A stretch of DNA of 64,000 nucleotides. It comes from Thermoanaerobaculia bacterium (GTDB lineage Bacteria > Acidobacteriota > Thermoanaerobaculia > Multivoradales > Multivoraceae). The notes below the pieces were generated by a model. It ran no database searches and was not told the DNA's origin. It saw only the letters and a list, made by a program, of their open reading frames with translations. A program made the translations under genes and the position numbers. The stretch is taken from NCBI GenBank assembly GCA_963666565.1, contig OY762911.1:2752001-2816000 (forward strand), in the 5' to 3' direction. This document shows, in pieces, positions 61,262-64,000 of this stretch. The stretch's first letter is position 1, and each line of letters begins with the position of its first letter.

Positions 61262-62416
61262 TCAGGCCACCAGCGGACAGCTCGGGTCGAACGCGCGGTC
61301 GACCGCGGCCAGGTCGACGATCGCCTCGCCGATCGTCTCGCGGACCGTCGCGCCCTGCTCGATTCGGCGCAGCCATTGAATCGCCGGATTGCCCCGTTCC
61401 AGGATCTCCTCGATCGGATCGAGGAGGGCGGCGAAGCCATGGCGCTCCGCCGTCTCGCGGGCGCCTTCGAGCATCGATGCGGCCCGGTCGCGGAACGTGG
61501 CGGCGCTGCCGTCGACCCAGTTCAGGCCGGTCGCGTCGAGGCTCGCCACGCTCGCGGCACGTTCGTTCGCGGCGGCAAGTTCCTCCAGTTCCCGCGACGA
61601 TCGTCCGCGCAGGGGATCGATCTCCGGGTCCTCCAGGACCTGCCATACCCGGGCTTCGTATAGGGCGGTGACCGCCTGGAGGATGTGCGGTTCGCTGATC
61701 CGGTCGCAGATCCGGAGTTCCAGGCGATCCAGATTCCTGGGCGTCGCCGGTCCGTTCGGCCGGATGCCGAGCCAGAGATGGCGCTGGTTCTGCATCGTGC
61801 CGTTGTCGAGCTGCTCGTCCATCCAGGCGGCGAACGAGGCATGGTCGGGGAAGAACGGCACCCGTTCCGGGGTCAGCGGGAAGCGCAGCCAGCGGCTGGA
61901 GTGCTGGCCGGTCGGTTTGCCGGCCAGGAACGGCGACGCCGCGGTCAGGGCCAGGAAGATCGAGGCCTCCAGCCGCAGCACCCGCCAGGCGCGCAGCAGT
62001 TCCTCCGGTTCGTCGATCCCGAGGTTGATGTGGGTGGAGGCGGTGACTACCCGGTTGCCGTAGGCGTCCCGGATGTAGCGGTAGTAGGGGTTGTCCGGGT
62101 CGGAGAAGTGGAAGGAGTCCGGGTCGGCCAGGGACAGCGCGCCGCCCGGCACCAGGGTGCAGCCGTGCTCGACCTCCAGGTAGCGCCGCAGGGCGCAGCG
62201 CTTCGCCATCAGGCGATCGATCAGGATCCGGTAGCTCCGGTAGGGCGCGGTGGTGAACTCGACGTTGCGCCCGTCCGGCTCGGTGGTGTAGCCGTCCATC
62301 GCCGCCTTGACCTGGGCCGAGAGCGGCAGCACATGGCCGTCGGCCGTACCGGTGTAGACCTCCTCTTCGAGGCCCTTGAGCAACTGGCGGTGCGGCGGTG
62401 CTTGGTCGGCGGTCAT
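61262..62416 (-). CDS. gshA: Glutamate--cysteine ligase, GCS2 family, cyanobacterial type
   Basis: LLKGLEEEVYTG, EPDGRNVEFTT.P, VPGG.LSL, SDPDNPYY.YI..YG..VVTAS.HINLG, MQN.RHLW...RPNG, RLELRICD. Confidence 0.82.
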   Translation of the reverse strand: MTADQAPPHRQLLKGLEEEVYTGTADGHVLPLSAQVKAAMDGYTTEPDGRNVEFTTAPYRSYRILIDRLMAKRCALRRYLEVEHGCTLVPGGALSLADPDSFHFSDPDNPYYRYIRDAYGNRVVTASTHINLGIDEPEELLRAWRVLRLEASIFLALTAASPFLAGKPTGQHSSRWLRFPLTPERVPFFPDHASFAAWMDEQLDNGTMQNQRHLWLGIRPNGPATPRNLDRLELRICDRISEPHILQAVTALYEARVWQVLEDPEIDPLRGRSSRELEELAAANERAASVASLDATGLNWVDGSAATFRDRAASMLEGARETAERHGFAALLDPIEEILERGNPAIQWLRRIEQGATVRETIGEAIVDLAAVDRAFDPSCPLVA

Positions 62417-62647
62417 CTTGAACGCAGGCGCGGCACGGGTTGCTGGGGATCCGTGAAGCGCGGAGCGACTCAGGCGCCGCGGCGCCGGTCAGGGGCGCGA
62501 TCCTAGCAACTCGGCGATACGGCGGGCCGCGACCGGCGGCGGGACCCACCGCGGCACTGCGCTACGATTCGCCGCCAATGTCCCCTGCCACGCGGCGCGA
62601 AGGTCGCGTCCCGGACCGGCCCCGCCAACTTCCGAGGAGCCCCGGAG

Positions 62648-63571
62648 ATGAAGCTCGCCCTTGAGTTCCCCAGCGTCGTGTACCGCGAGGGTCCGGACGC
62701 CATCGCCCGCCTGGCCGCGGCGATGGACGAGATCGGCTTCGATCAGCTCGACATCTTCGACCACGTGGTGATGGGCCACGACACGGAGGGTCGGGAGAAG
62801 AACCGCTATCCGGCGAAGATGCCGATCATGGAGGCGTTCGCGACGCTTGGCTACATGGCGGCATGCACGTCCCGCATCGGGCTCGGCACGGAGGTTCTGG
62901 TGCTGCCTCAGCGCGACCCGGTGCTCACCGCGAAGCAGGCGGCGACCCTGGACACCCTCTCGGGCGGCCGTCTCCGGCTCGGCCTGGGGGTCGGCTGGCA
63001 GGAGTCGGAGTACGAGGCCCTGGGCCAGGAGTTCCGCAACCGCGGCCGGCGCATGGACGAGGCGATCGAGGTGCTCCGCGCCTGCTGGAGCCAGGATCCC
63101 ATCGACTTCGAGGGCGAGTTCTACCGGCTCGAGGCGATGGCGATGGAGCCGAAGCCGCCGCACGGCGCCGGGTTGCCGATCTGGATCGGCGGCCACAGCG
63201 AGGCGGCCCTTCGCCGGGCGGGCCGGCTTGCCGACGGCTGGATGGGCGTCGCTTCGCCGGAGCTGTTCGAGGACGGCGACCGGGCCATCGCCACGGTGCG
63301 CCGGCACGCCGAGAAGGCCGGCCGGGACCCCTCGGCGCTCGAATTCCAGGCCCAGGTCTCGCCGCCGCCGCGCCCCGGCAACGAGAGCGACCGGACCTTC
63401 TACACGGAACCGGACCGGGTCGCCGCGGCCGCCGCGAAGCTCGGCGAGATGGGCTTCGACGGCGTGGCGCTGAACCTGACCGGCCTGTTCCTGGCCGGCG
63501 CGCGGACGGTGGACGCGATGATCGACGGCGCCGCCGCGCTGCACGAGAAGCTGAGGGCCGAACTGGACTGA
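62648..63571 (+). CDS. LLM-class (possibly F420-dependent) oxidoreductase
   Basis: [58 protein letters not shown]. Confidence 0.88.
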   Translation: MKLALEFPSVVYREGPDAIARLAAAMDEIGFDQLDIFDHVVMGHDTEGREKNRYPAKMPIMEAFATLGYMAACTSRIGLGTEVLVLPQRDPVLTAKQAATLDTLSGGRLRLGLGVGWQESEYEALGQEFRNRGRRMDEAIEVLRACWSQDPIDFEGEFYRLEAMAMEPKPPHGAGLPIWIGGHSEAALRRAGRLADGWMGVASPELFEDGDRAIATVRRHAEKAGRDPSALEFQAQVSPPPRPGNESDRTFYTEPDRVAAAAAKLGEMGFDGVALNLTGLFLAGARTVDAMIDGAAALHEKLRAELD

Positions 63572-63581
63572 GGGAACCGAC

Positions 63582-64000
63582 GTGCCCGAACGACGACGAA
63601 TCCTGGTCACCACCGGCCTGCCCTACGCCAACGGTCCGCTGCATCTGGGCCACCTGGTCGAGGCGGTGCAGACGGACATCTGGTGCCGGCTGCAGCGGAT
63701 GCGGGGCCACGAGTGCTACCACGTCTGCGGAGATGACGCTCACGGCGCGCCGGTCATGCTGCGAGCCGAGCGGGAGGGGATCGACCCGGAGGAGCTGATC
63801 GTCCGGCTGTTCGACGAGCATCTGGAGGACTACCGGGCGTTCGCGATCCACTTCGACAACTTCTACACGACCCACTCTCCCGAGAACCGGGAACTGGTCG
63901 AGGGGATCTACGAGCGGCTGCGCGACCGCGGATCGATCGTCCGGCGGACGGTGCGGCAGTTCTACGACCCGGAGCGGGAGATGTTCCTGCCGGACCGCTT
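63582..64000 (+). CDS. metG: Methionine--tRNA ligase, 5' part (runs off the window edge)
   Basis: [18 protein letters not shown] (HIGH), [33 protein letters not shown]. Confidence 0.95.
   Translation, partial: MPERRRILVTTGLPYANGPLHLGHLVEAVQTDIWCRLQRMRGHECYHVCGDDAHGAPVMLRAEREGIDPEELIVRLFDEHLEDYRAFAIHFDNFYTTHSPENRELVEGIYERLRDRGSIVRRTVRQFYDPEREMFLPDR

Noticed and set aside
62578-62664. Short ORF after TACGAT upstream of the LLM gene
   Set aside because: No informative codon bias or attenuator structure is evident, and the LLM gene has its own SD-like sequence.

Overview
High-GC bacterial chromosomal window of mostly housekeeping and envelope genes. The gene content suggests an Acidobacteriota-like organism (inference from the Oar-type TonB receptor, DUF3604 pair, Bat operon and LLM oxidoreductases). 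It contains rnd, efp-epmA, lepA, hemW, ddl, metB, a complete moxR-bat operon, vapBC, the first half of the alpha-aminoadipate lysine pathway, rpmB, flotillin/NfeD, glyA, a sulfatase, a cyanobacterial-type gshA and partial metG. I saw no rRNA, tRNA, CRISPR array, transposase or integrase. Several signals are missed by the ORF track: (1) a Lys-codon leader peptide with terminator and antiterminator upstream of homocitrate synthase, a candidate lysine attenuator; (2) a secreted peroxiredoxin-like selenoprotein with UGA in a UxxC motif and a SECIS-like hairpin; (3) a SAM-I riboswitch followed by a PPP-containing uORF coupled to metB; (4) an arginase broken by an 8-bp tandem duplication at its metal-binding motif; (5) three families of dispersed hairpin repeats, including a ~180-bp element with co-varying terminal stems and mirror-image G/C skew in its flanks, and copies read in frame within proteins; (6) a DUF6036-type nucleotidyltransferase two-gene module; (7) many apparently leaderless genes. 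All family assignments are from motif recognition by eye; no database searches were run.
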